Below are positions 1 through 12,405 of a stretch of DNA of 64,000 nt, piece by piece. The notes below the pieces were generated by a model. It was not told the origin of the DNA. It ran no database searches and saw only the letters and a program-made list of their open reading frames with translations. The stretch covers positions 127,100,001 through 127,164,000 of the forward strand of contig OZ024740.1 in NCBI GenBank assembly GCA_964016885.1. The letters are read 5' to 3'. Position 1 is the stretch's first letter. The number at the start of each line of letters is the position of its first letter. The stretch is from Eledone cirrhosa. Taxonomy: Eukaryota. The position numbers and the translations under genes are program-made.

Positions 1-147
1 TATTTCAGAATCCACGTTTGCGGTATCCTGGCAAAAGCTTTTTTTGTAATTGATCCATGTGGAACTGACATTTCTTGGGCTTGTTATGATAGTTCTCAAG
101 GATCATACGATTAATCAAGAATTGATCTTTCCAACCTCGTCGACACA
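1..147 (-). pseudogene. Non-LTR retrotransposon RT fragment (R4/Dong-like, frameshifted)
   Basis: Minus-strand translation gives CRRGWKDQFLINRMILEN..., then after frameshifts STWINYKK.FARIPQTWIL. This resembles the motif GCKDQLLINKMILE...AWIDYKKAFDSVPHxWI. Confidence 0.55.
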
Positions 148-251
148 CTGAAAATTATAATGAATTTCGTGTGTTAACTGGCTTACTATTATATACAGTG
201 AATTTATTTGCCTTATAACGGAAGCAATACTGAAGGAAAAGGAAAAGCAAT

Positions 252-252
252 G

Positions 253-312
<60 letters not shown>
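252..312. repeat. (ATA)n microsatellite
   Basis: Perfect trinucleotide run. Confidence 0.98.
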
Positions 313-314
<2 letters not shown>

Positions 315-867
315 GAGGAGGAGGATGATACATGAGTTCGAATTAAATAAATATGGAAAATCGAATGAATATTCTCTTACTCTGACATAATATGAATAGT
401 AGCGAAATATTCGTTTGTGTTCTGCGCTAACTTTCCTCAGGTACAATTTATTTCACATTTATATCAGTAGCATTTATCTAAAATCAACTTGTTGGATACT
501 TTCTCTATTCTGAAATTAATATAAAGCAACTGCTTCTGGTTTTCAATAAGTCAAGAGGAGTTTAAATCCCCACATGTTAACAGCTGTCATTAATACTTTC
601 TTTATGTAAACTTGTTTAAATGGATATTTTATAAGAAACTAAAAACAATTGAAAATGAGGAAATTGCCACCTTCATCAGTTATAGAAAACATTAAGGCGT
701 AGGTTATGTATACGTCATGATAAAGTGTTTTTTTTCTACAGTGAATATTAACATATTAATCGCAACTTCCGAACCAGTAATGTTGAGCTTGCAACAAAAA
801 ACGTATCCCCTCTGTGCACAAGGCATACATGGGGACAAAACGACTCGTTATAATACGAAAGAATATT

Positions 868-1053
868 ATTGGATTGGCAGTATCGGTAGAGGGTCGGACG
901 CCTTGCTTTCCAGCATAGTTACGTCCCTTTACGATCTGAGTTCAAATCCCGCCGAGGTTGACTTTGCCTTTCATCCTTACGGGGTCGATAAAATAAAGTA
1001 CCAGTAATGCACTGGGTAATTGCTGGCCTTATGCCTAAAGTAGAAACAATTAT
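868..1053 (+). mobile_element. tRNA-derived SINE (family S1)
   Basis: A-box-like TGGCAGTATCGG, B-box GTTCAAATCC, conserved body GCCGAGGTTGACTTTGCCTTTCATCCTTACGGGGTCGATAAAATAAAGTACCAG. Further copies occur in the window. Confidence 0.85.
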
Positions 1054-1148
1054 TTTAAAATCAAACTAACAGCAATGATATTCTAAAGTATTTTATGTAG
1101 ATTGCATTTCGCCACAGCTGACTAAATGAATCGTGGAATGCCTATATG

Positions 1149-1176
<28 letters not shown>

Positions 1177-1182
<6 letters not shown>

Positions 1183-1530
1183 TTCGGTGACAACCATCTT
1201 TGTCTGTGACCTCTTCATGATTCCAGTTCCTCAGTGAAATAACAACCCAACCAGGAACTGGGCATATCAGAGTATTGACAAAGTTAAACAGCTCAACAAC
1301 ATGTGTACTCGTCTCTACCACACTAATTCGGACTGCCTGAAGAGGTCACAGCCAAAGATGGTTGTCACCGAAATATATATAGCAGTAATAAACGAAGCCA
1401 AATTTAAAACATTTGACTTATTTATTTTAGTTTATTTTACATTACTCCGGAGTAACCAAACCAACCTGCGCACCACGTCGAGTGCTCCAATCTGCATACT
1501 GATGTGTTGTTATACAACCAACATATACTA
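1177..1530 (+). mobile_element. Non-autonomous PLE-type HHR element (family A) with short inverted 5' arm, between (TA)n tracts
   Basis: 1177-1218 is the reverse complement of about 1338-1380. Homologous to 47960-48280. Confidence 0.8.
1332..1386 (+). ncRNA. Minimal type I hammerhead ribozyme
   Basis: ACTGC-CTGAAGA-GGTCACAGCCA(AAGA)TGGTTGTCACC-GAAA-TATAT-ATA-GCAGT. Stem I 5 bp, stem II about 10 bp, palindromic stem III ATATATAT, AUA cleavage triplet. Confidence 0.85.
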
Positions 1531-1539
1531 AAAAAACAA

Positions 1540-1582
<43 letters not shown>

Positions 1583-1583
1583 A

Positions 1584-1618
<35 letters not shown>

Positions 1619-3051
1619 CTCTATATATATATATATATATACTCTATATATATATATATATATAGTTTATATAACATTTTTATACACTTGAGATGTATGT
1701 GTGACATCAGGTGTTAGGGTTCCGTGTATGGCCACCACTGTATATAGTCGAGCCTTTCTAAAATTGGCTTTTCTTCTCAGGCGCAAGGATAAATTTAAAG
1801 AAAGATCTATACGATACGGGTGATGCTCAGAATTCCTGAATAGATCCATTCAAAAATAAATGTGACATACACCCCCCCACCCCACCCCACCCCACCCCAC
1901 CCCACCCCTCGCCCAAAAAAACCAGAACACTCTCTTATAACATTATATCACTATATGTACAGAGAGATGCATGCAATTTGCTTTGATTCGGAGTGTACGT
2001 ATATATGCGTAACAATTTTCTTAAAGGAAATCGTTACGGATAATGTATGGATAAAGCCCGCATATCGTAAACTATTCGTCTTTAAAATGCCAATGAGGAA
2101 TTTTGGCGTAATAGACGAACAATTTAAGCTCTGATTTACTAGATTGGTATATATATATTGAGAGGATGAGTAATATAATGCCGATGATCTTTACCGGAGG
2201 AAGTGATTCAAATGCTTACACCAAAATGGACTGTGCTAAAGTCATTCAAGAACATGGTGTTCCTGTTAACCTGAAGAAGGAATTTAGTCCACCTTCCAAT
2301 TAACCACCGGGTGATTTGACGTAAGAAATTGAGTGGCCAAAACAAATGAAACAGTTACCCACATAAGAGATACTAACCTGTCTGTCAATCTACTTTCCTG
2401 ACCATCTTCGTTATTTTAAATTCCCTGAAAAGTCAAAAGCAAGTTTATCTCAGCATTCACGCATATTTTTGTATATTTTTGCAATGTAAAACTATAATAT
2501 AAATAAAACAATAAGCAGGATTTGACGTATTCTGTAATATTCTGATACGGAACAACGTAAAGAAAGGAATTGAACGCAGGAATAAACTGCATATCACCAA
2601 GAATAATATAAGTTTAACCTTTCTAGTAGGACACTTCAAGCGATTCTGGGTAAAGCATTAGTCTACTTTCAGCTTTCAATGTATTGCTCTCGATAAGTTA
2701 TTTACGAAATTGTTTATAAAATACGAGTGAAATTGGCATGCTTATTAGAAATTAGCTCAGAATGCTTAGCGTTATTTGTTCCTTCTCTCTGCACTTAGAA
2801 TTCAAATTCGGCCGAGGTCAACATTGTTTTTGATGACTTTACGTGGACTTTAGAATAATGAACTTGAACAGGAAAGCGGTGTGGCAAACATGTCATAGTC
2901 TCGAATGTGGGTCTCTATTCTATTTGCTTTGGTCCCTCATCTTCTTCATGTTGCCAATAAGAAACACACGCACCAGTTGCTTTCACTCCAATTTATTATA
3001 AATTAAATTTATAAATTTAAGAATTTATAAATTTCAGGCTGGTTGGTTGGT

Positions 3052-3082
<31 letters not shown>

Positions 3083-3240
3083 GATTGTTTAAGTATTGAG
3101 AGAAAGAAAACAAAGAAAGAGAGGAGATACATATATTTAGTTGCCAATAGTTTGTGCAAATATGCTTAATACTTGTGCCTACAGGGTTAGATATTAGAAA
3201 CGTCAATATTCAATGGGCGAGAAAAAATAAGCAGAGCGAT

Positions 3241-5651
3241 TATAAAAGAAGTGAATACAAGGAGTATAAACCGTTAAAACATGTTTATATAACAATGCAC
3301 CTACGTACGTTTCGCCCAGAATGGGCTTATGAAGGGCATGGAAAACGAAAAAATGATCAATACGCGACCCACGAGGGGTTTTAAGGTTAAATTCACATCA
3401 GAGTTCATTCTTCGCTTAAGTGCATGTGCTGTTATTACTGCAAAGCAGGGGGAGTAACTCCGGCCAGTGCTCGAACAATCTTGTCCCACTTGGTTTATTT
3501 ACCCATTCACATGATGGTGTTTTGGTTTATTATTTTATGGGTGCTGTTTAACTAATGCCAGTTGAAGCCGGGACTGGGATGCACATATGTTATCTTGTGG
3601 GTGTTGCTTTACTAATGCCTGTGCGGGCAGGGTCTGGGATTTACATTTGGTTCACAGATGTTTGTTTACACCGCTTGCCCACGTAGTGTTATGGTTAGGA
3701 CAGAGGGACCCAGTTTATAGTTTTCATGGCGCAGTCGCTTCCCACGCGAACTGCCACGCCTGCACTCGGTGCCTACATTTTATGACTGATTCCGCTCTGC
3801 TGTTTATGAGCTCGTCTTATGATGTAGTAAAGCTCCATGAGGCAAAGCTGACAATTCTTCTATAAATTTGTAGGGTGCAGCCCTACCGACAATATCCCAG
3901 TGTGAGGAGAAGCTGATGTTGGCGGCTTTTAATGTAGTGACGTAATTCGCAAGTGACGTGGAGTGCCTTATTTTTTTGTTCCTGAAGGAGTGGAGATGTG
4001 TTCTAAATCTCGTTTTGAACTGGCCAGAGGTGGCCCCTATATAGTGTTTAACTCCATTATGGCTAGTTACGGTGCACCTATAAATAACCTTATCTGTCAG
4101 ACAGAAAGGCGCGCCTAGCCGAACATAAAGTAAAGATGACGTATCACTAGCTACAGCACAGTAACAACCGTAAGTACAGCAAACTAGGAAGCACAACTTG
4201 TAGCAAACACACGGTAAAGCGAAAATGCCACTGTAATCTCCTATAGTTACACCCCCACACACGCCACTCTCGGAGTGTGGCCTCCGATCTACCGGGGATA
4301 TTCTTCGAAGCCTTACAGAAGAATGTCCCACCCAATCATAAATACTGGAAAATACTTAATAGGAACAATATCAAAATATCCTTCTCTACAACCCCCAACC
4401 TACCAGATCACAATAATATCACCAAAACACGGCATCTTAGCACAGATATATCTAGACCCGACAGCAACACTAATAACCTTAACATCTCCCTAACAGCACC
4501 CATTAGTGTCGGTGGCAGCCCCAGCAGACGAAACCGACGTAACCAAGGCGAGACTGGGGAGTATACTGCTGACCCGCACGGGTCACCCACCGGCAACACA
4601 ACGGGCTGCGGCGTGCGGAAAGACAATGGTACAACACCGCACGCCTCGAGATATAACAGTACCAATGACCGAGATAGAGACAGAGATAACAACAGGTAGC
4701 AATAGTAATAGCTTTACCTCGGGAACTAGGAGCGACCGTGAAAGAAAATGCAACTGTCGTGACAGGGGAGGCTGCCCTCTCGGGGGAAACTGCCTGACAG
4801 ATAAGGGTATTTATAGGTGCATGGTAATTAGCCATAATGGAGTTAAACACTATATAGGAGCCATCTCTGGCCAGTTCAAAACGAGATGTAGAATACATCT
4901 CCAGCCTTCAGGAACAACAAAAATAAGGCACTCCACGTCACTTGCGAATTACCTCACTACATTAAAAGACGCCAACATCAGCTTCTTCACACACGGGGCT
5001 ATTGTCGGTAGGGCTGCACCCTACAATTTCAAGAGGAAATGCTAGCTTTGCCTTATGGAGGTTTACTACATCATAAGAGCACCCCACGAGCTCATAAACA
5101 TCAGAGCCGAATCAGTCATAAACTATAGGCACCGAGTGCAGGCGTCGTACTTCGCCTGGGAGGCAACTGCGGCATGAAAACTATAAACTGGGTCCCTTTG
5201 CCCTAACCATAACACTCTGGTGGGAAATCGGTGTTAACAAACAACTGTGAACCAAATGTACATCCCAGACCCTGCCCGAACAGGCATTAGTAAAGCAACA
5301 CCCACAAGATAACAAATGTGCATCCCAGACCCGGCTTGAACTGGCATTAGTGAAACAGCACCCATTATTTAATAACACAAAACACCATCATGTGAATGGG
5401 TAAATAAACCAAGTGGGACAAGATTGTTCGAGCACCGGCAGGAGTTACTCCCCCTGCTCTGAAGTAATAATTGCACATGCACCTAAGCGAAGAATGAACT
5501 CTGATGTGAATTTAACCTTAAAACCCCTCGTGGGTCGCGTATTGATCATTTTTTGTTTTCCATGCCCTAGATAAAACCATTCTAGGCGAAACGTACGTAG
5601 GTGCATTGTTATATAAACATGTTTTAACGGTTTATACTCCTTGTATTCATT

Positions 5652-5660
<9 letters not shown>
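3241..5660. mobile_element. Fold-back PLE (family B): 5'-truncated + copy (about 4105-5660) preceded by an inverted copy of its last ~860 nt
   Basis: Arms 3241-4104 and 4790-5660 are reverse complements with scattered substitutions. Both encode GIY-YIG sequence. The right end runs into (TA)n. Confidence 0.92.
4275..5180 (+). pseudogene. PLE linker plus C-terminal GIY-YIG endonuclease (CNC..CPL.G.CL type, probably Nematis-like clade), disrupted
   Basis: PPNHKYWKILNRNNIKISFSTTPN, then KCNCRDRGGCPLGGNCLTDKGIYRC...HYIGAISGQFKTR...TSLANYL...RAAPY...C*LCLME, with a frameshift and a stop. Confidence 0.88.
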
Positions 5661-5706
<46 letters not shown>

Positions 5707-5711
<5 letters not shown>

Positions 5712-7736
5712 TTAGAAACACACAGATACATGCGGACACACACATATATACATGAATGCATCCGCACCCAACTGTGAGTTAAGGGTGCCAACTTCACCGA
5801 TGTTGCTCAATGAATGACTGGGACAGACCAATTCAGTTTGAACCAGACTGAACCAGTATCAGAGTTAAAAATACATTATGAAGAGAGAAGAAACATTTAG
5901 ATATAATTAGTAATAAAATGTATCATACCTAAACTGTTCCTAAATTCCTCGACTACGTAGTTTCGTGGCAAAAACAAAAACAATATATCAAAGATATAGA
6001 GTCCTTGCGAGGTCTGCCGACTTATCAAGAGGATACCTCATTTTACTAGTCTCAAGAACGCGTCTACACGACGTGAGAAAGAATCCCAAAGGCGGAGGGG
6101 GAGATAGTCACGCGATATAACGGTCGAGAAACAGAGCTAAGCCTCTTATAACCACGAAAAAAATACCACGGAGGCGGAGGGGGTATTCATATCGAGGCCG
6201 TAGAAGAGGTAGTGAAGAAGGCGAGAAGTATGAGTAATGGAAGCTTTCCAGTTGTCCCCACACCTCAAAGATTGCTCTACCAGAGGGAGTTATTAATACA
6301 TTTAGAAACACACAGATACATGCGGACACACACATATATACATGAATGCATCCGCACCCAACTGTGAGTTAAAGGTGCCAACTTCACCGATGTTGCTCAA
6401 TGAATGACTGGGACAGACCAATTCAGTTTGAACCAGACTGAACCAGTATCAGAGTTAAAAATACATTATGAAGAGAGAAGAAACATTTAGATATAATTAG
6501 TAATAAAATGTATCATACCTAAACTGTTCCTAAATTCCTCGACTACGTAGTTTCGTGGCAAAAACAAAAACAATATATCAAAGATATAGAGTCCTTGCGA
6601 GGTCTGCCGACTTATCAAGAGGATACCTCATTTTACTAGTCTCAAGAACGCGTCTACACGACGTGAGAAAGAATCCCAAAGGCGGAGGGGGAGATAGTCA
6701 CGCGATATAACGGTCGAGAAACAGAGCTAAGCCTCTTATAACCACGAAAAAAATACCACGGAGGCGGAGGGGGTATTCATATCGAGGCCGTAGAAGAGGT
6801 AGTGAAGAAGGCGAGAAGTATGAGTAATGGAAGCTTTCCAGTTGTCCCCACACCTCAAAGATTGCTCTACCAGAGGGAGTTATTAATACATTTAGAAACA
6901 CACAGATACATGCGGACACACACATATATACATGAATGCATCCGCACCCAACTGTGAGTTAAAGGTGCCAACTTCACCGATGTTGCTCAATGAATGACTG
7001 GGACAGACCAATTCAGTTTGAACCAGACTGAACCAGTATCAGAGTTAAAAATACATTATGAAGAGAGAAGAAACATTTAGATATAATTAGTAATAAAATG
7101 TATCATACCTAAACTGTTCCTAAATTCCTCGACTACGTAGTTTCGTGGCATAAACAAAAACAATATATCAAAGATATAGAGTCCTTGCGAGGTCTGCCGA
7201 CTTATCAAGAGGATACCTCATTTTACTAGTCTCAAGAACGCGTCTACACGACGTGAGAAAGAATCCCAAAGGCGGAGGGGGAGATAGTCACGTGTATCTG
7301 TGTGTTTCTAAATGTATTAATAACTCCCTCTGGTCGAGCAATCTTTGAGGTGTGGGGACAACTGGAAAGCTTCCATTACTCATACTTCTCGCCTTCTTCA
7401 CTACCTCTTCTACGGCCTCGATATGAATACCCCCTCCGCCTCCGTGGTATTTTTTTCGTGGTTATAAGAGGCTTAGCTCTGTTTCTCGACCGTTATATCG
7501 CGTGACTATCTCCCCCTCCGCCTTTGGGATTCTTTCTCACGTCGTGTAGACGCGTTCTTGAGACTAGTAAAATGAGGTATCCTCTTGATAAGTCGGCAGA
7601 CCTCGCAAGGACTCTATATCTTTGATATATTGTTTTTGTTTATGCCACGAAACTACGTAGTCGAGGAATTTAGGAACAGTTTAGGTATGATACATTTTAT
7701 TACTAATTATATCTAAATGTTTCTTCTCTCTTCATA

Positions 7737-7741
<5 letters not shown>
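5707..7741. mobile_element. Retrozyme-like element (family C): 590-nt unit x2.7 in tandem (HHR on - strand) plus inverted arm 7293-7741, both ends in (TA)n
   Basis: Units start at 5707, 6297 and 6887 and differ at only 1-2 positions seen. The same 75-aa spurious ORF recurs on both strands. Confidence 0.92.
7580..7667 (+). ncRNA. Type I hammerhead ribozyme with U3-A8 core variant (minus-strand copies at 5946-6033, 6536-6623, 7126-7213)
   Basis: TCCTC-TTGATAA-GT(C)GGCA...TGCCAC-GAAA-CTACGTA-GTC-GAGGA. Palindromic stem III ACTACGTAGT, GUC triplet. Confidence 0.75.
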
Positions 7742-7770
<29 letters not shown>

Positions 7771-7773
<3 letters not shown>

Positions 7774-7871
7774 GCAATGAAATATCTATGATCATCGGCA
7801 AATCACTGATGAGGGACTTATTTTATTACATGTTATCCATGTGCTACCAGCAGTATTTTTCTCCCCATTTT

Positions 7872-7875
<4 letters not shown>
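7771..7875 (+). mobile_element. Short diverged fragment related to the family at 58431-59552, between (TA)n tracts
   Basis: GCAATGAAATATCTATGAT...TCACTGATGAGGGACT aligns with the reverse complement of about 58432-58490. Confidence 0.55.
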
Positions 7876-7941
<66 letters not shown>

Positions 7942-8088
7942 TATATGTATATATATATATATATATATATTCATTAGTTAAGCAAAACAAGACCACACAT
8001 TTCACAAGGAAGACATTATTAAAAGACTGTCAACATATTTTAGTTTGATGTAAGGAATGTAGAGAATATTCATAATAATATTAATAAT

Positions 8089-8272
8089 TGTTTCTACTTT
8101 AGGCACAAGGCCACCAATTACCCAATGCATTACTGGTACTTTATTTTATCGACCCCGTAAGGATGAAAGGCAAAGTCAACCTCGGCGGGATTTGAACTCA
8201 GATCGTAAAGGGACGCAACTATGCTGGAAAGCATAGTTATGACCCTCCACCAATACTGCCAATCACCGCCCC
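8089..8272 (-). mobile_element. SINE S1 copy with putative TSD TATTAATAAT (8079-8088 and 8273-8282)
   Basis: Reverse complement of 868-1053. Confidence 0.85.
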
Positions 8273-8299
8273 TATTAATAATAATGTCCGTTTACAATT

Positions 8300-10612
8300 G
8301 TTTCTCTACTCCATATAATATTTCTGGATCAAATGATTATAGATCATTATTGATCTGGTTCAGTTGAAAAGAATTAAGTTAGGTAAAATTAGAGCAGCTA
8401 ATCGGAACTTCAAAAGGAATATAAATTAAAATAAGGAAAGAATGTTACATGAATGTAATGTTCCATATATTGGTATTTCACTATGGTGTCCTCGGTATAT
8501 CTATTGTCTGCCATAGTCGGGCAGTATTCTTCTGTCGAGGCTGCATTGTGTGAGCTCTGCCTCTGGCTAAGAAGATGGCCGCCAGTGGACATATTTACCT
8601 TACTAATTAGAGGGTGGTTTCAGGGTATGTAACTCCTTGTGAAATTAGAATTTGTGGGTAGTTTATAGTTAAGAAGTGCTAATTTCTTTTATTTTTTAAT
8701 TGAGAGAAAATGTAAGGGAGGTAACTTATAATTATCTAAGTTAGCTATAACTATTTAACTTATTAGCTACAAGTAAAAATGGGGCTAGATGCATATGTTG
8801 GGTCATATTCTGTTGGCGAAGGAATTAGCCCTTCGATGTTGACAGCATATAGTTACCTCCGTTCTATCGTTAATCGGTAGAGGTCGTGATAGAGTTATGT
8901 AATAGGCTTCAGTAAGACAAAGGTCACAAGAGTTTCTTCGTCCATTGAACGGTTGGGCCCTAGCCAAGATATTCCATGTTAGTGAGTGTTCAATGTTGGT
9001 TAATTTAAGGTTTTTAATGAGCCTAGCTAGAGATGTCGAACATCTGTTGTTAAGGTCTCGGAAGGAAAAAGAGTGCGCGTTATAGCGTACCTTAAAAGGG
9101 TTAGTGGTAGAGCCGATATAGGAGCTGGTATGCGAAGCAGTTTTAACTGTGCACCTATAAACTATATTGGGTGTCAGGAAAAGTCCATTTAGTGTGCATG
9201 CATTAGGGTAACGGCAGTTGCAGTTACTTCTGCGGTTAGTGAGAGTTGGGTTGTTTAAACTAAGCGGTTGGTCACTGCTAGAAAGATTAGATGGGGGAGG
9301 TGTGTACTAAAGTAAGTATTGGTGTAGTGGCGTGCTGTATTTGATGGGGGTGATGGTACCGCTTTGTGGGAGTTATGCTGTCTTAGTTTATGATAGTTAC
9401 TGAATGCGATGTGGCTAGCTAGGTTACGTGTTGTGGAGAACGAGATGTTAATGTTTTTATTAAAGAGATTGTAATATCTATGGTTGGGGGGGAATGTTTA
9501 GATAGGATTGAGAAGAAGCGTTTAGGGATATTAGTGGCTAGATTAGATGAGAATGGGGGGGGGGGTTAAGCCAGGTGATACTTCTAGGCCTATTCCTTCT
9601 AGGGGTTCTAGTGGAGTTGGTAGGGGCCTTCATAGTGTTATTATTACCTGGGAATTTGGTATTTGTCATCCCATTGCTCATTCCTATTCTAGGGTTGATT
9701 TTTAGTTTGCTACTTGGAAAGGGTAGCAGGCCACTGCCACCATTAAGGTTCCCTGTATAGGTGGTGTTACTGCTAACATTCCGGCGAATCTGGCTATATG
9801 CTAAGTTATTTCTAGTTCTAGTGTTAAGCTTATTATGGTTGTGGTGAAGTGCTATCTGATGGCATTTAGGTATGTAGTAAATGGACTGTTCATAACCAGA
9901 TTCAGAATGAGCCTTATTATAATATGCCGCATGGTTTATAAATATCTCCTCATTTTGGTGATAGCATGGAGATCCTATACGAGATAGATTTGATTACTGC
10001 TCTGATAACTGTCGGTGGGTGGTTAGAGTGTGGGTTAATTATATGTAAGTATTTCACCTGGTTTATGTTAAGGGTAATATATGTTATTGTTAAGATCTAG
10101 GGTAACGTCTAGGAAGTTTACTACTTTATGGTTCGGCTCGATGTTGATAGAGAGACCGTTATTTTCAAAGAATCTATGTAATTGTTTTTTGAGCAAGTCA
10201 ATTCCTCGATTAGTGCAATTGTGGACTGCAAATAGGGCGTCATCCCTATATATTCTGCCTGGCAAGTGTTGGATTTCAGCTCTGATGTTATGTAATAGGT
10301 AAATTCCAACTAACTCGGTGATTTGCGCAGTCACTTGAGTCCATAGTGATGTGAAAGTTGTCTGTTCTGTCTTTTCTAGTCCAGAGTGCTCCGTTGAATT
10401 CAATGATGGTCTGCCTAGCCATAAGTATGATGCCAATCTCATTATTGGTTATGTCAGATTTGGTGCTGGCTAGGGCTAATGATTTGTTGGGCAGTGGCGG
10501 GGTTATTGAAGCGTAATAACTGTCAATTTCAAACTGGAGGAACCTCATAGATTCCTTGGACCTTAGATCGGAGAACCATCTAATGACTTGGCCGGTGTTG
10601 GACCACACCTTT
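8300..10612 (-). mobile_element. 5'-truncated decayed PLE: RT (about 10608-9850), linker, GIY-YIG (about 9230-8803) and 3' UTR
   Basis: [11 protein letters not shown]...FLQFEIDSYYASI...ELVGIYLL...IYRDDAL...VNFLDVTLDL. Endonuclease: CNCRYPNACTLNG...IVYRC...SYIGSTTNPFKVRYNAH...CDLCLTE. The 3' boundary is approximate. Confidence 0.9.
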
Positions 10613-10764
<152 letters not shown>

Positions 10765-11727
10765 GAAAGAGATAGACGGGTAAACATTGCAAAATGGACT
10801 GTAAGATGATGTGACAAAAAGTAAAAGTCCCTTCTTCAGGGTTGTAGGAACATTTTGTGGACAATGTTCCAATGTCATCTCTTTTAGATTAATTTTGATT
10901 TTTATTAAAATATATATATACGGAAGAAAGGGGTTAATTTTTTTTCCGAAATCCATCGGTTGAACGTCTTCTACTAATATCAACAAGAAGTTGCTTATTG
11001 GCATACACGATGCCTGAATGTGGCCAGTATGCCAGAAAAGAGGGTCTTTAAAATTGTTGAAAAAAATACGTAATTAAGCGCTCGCTGAGAATGAAGCTAC
11101 CACAATTTTTCACAGAAAATTTTTACGTAAAAATAAAAAAGAAATTAAATTGAAAAAAATTCACAAAAATCTGTTTTTCTCTTTCATGGTTGCATAGTAT
11201 TTCAATTTTTAGTTAGAGTCGTCTTCTTAACGAAGTTACTGATGGGTAAATATATTATTTCAACAATTTTCTCATTTGTGTTCATACTGGCGGTAAAATA
11301 GTTAATAAATAAGTAGAAGAAATAAATACCTAAAATCATTATTGAATTAGCGTATAAATAAATAACGAAATTTACTTCAATGAAAAAATATAATGGCTAA
11401 TTTCATCAGATATCAAATAAGATTAAATTCTATAATTTCCTGATATTTAAGTCTGCATGAAAGTATTGCAGTGAAGAAGCAATTTAGATTCAATGAAATA
11501 AAATATATGAGAAAATCAGTTATTCAACGAAGAGATTATTTCTAATAAAATATTAACTATTATGCATGTCAGAATGAAAGAAAGAATGCATTTTCGTTTT
11601 AAATCCTATTTAGGGAAATCAACAAAGTTAGATATGAATGAGAAAGTAAGAAGTTTACATTATATTATTCATAAATCCTGACACCTTTCATCGATGTGCC
11701 AGTGGTGATGCATGCACATACAGACAC

Positions 11728-11729
<2 letters not shown>

Positions 11730-11758
<29 letters not shown>

Positions 11759-11828
11759 TGTATGTATGTATGTATGTATGTATGTATGTATGTATGTATG
11801 TGTATTTATGTATGTATGTAGGTATGTA
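11730..11828. repeat. (ATGT)n microsatellite
   Basis: Tetranucleotide run. Confidence 0.95.
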
Positions 11829-12351
11829 TTATGCATAGAATATGCACAGAAATGTAATTTCCTGCAAAATTTTATCTAGATAATAAAATATTATAATGTT
11901 ATGGGTGTGATACAATAGTTTGTGACACACGTTCCAGATTACTGCGTTTGTAGTTCAAATCACGCCGACGTGATTGATAGGGATTGATAGAGAATTGGGT
12001 GTGGAATCATCCTGTTTCTTCTATAGTACGTCCATTTCAGAATACTAGTAAAAACGAATGGGTATATAAGCCCATTAAATACGCGTTTCCTTGTGGTTGT
12101 TTGAATGATATACACGCATTGAGATGAAGGAACATCTAGGACCGGAAATAGATTATGGGTATTTATATTGTTTTTAATTTAGAGAGAAATTCGTATTTTC
12201 TTGCATGATTACAACTGTGGATATTATATACGCACTTGTGCTATTTCAGTTACGCACACTGTATATATTACGGATATCATTTTATCATACACTTCGGCTG
12301 CTAACTCAGTTCTTAATACAAAAACCACGCAAGAAACACAAACACACACAC

Positions 12352-12405
<54 letters not shown>

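Noticed and set aside
1666-1760. CTGATGT-containing HHR-like relic beside (TA)n
   Set aside because: No GAAA and no credible stems.
6108-7505. 75-aa ORF repeated three times
   Set aside because: It recurs only because the unit is repeated. It has a non-ATG start and no recognisable domain.
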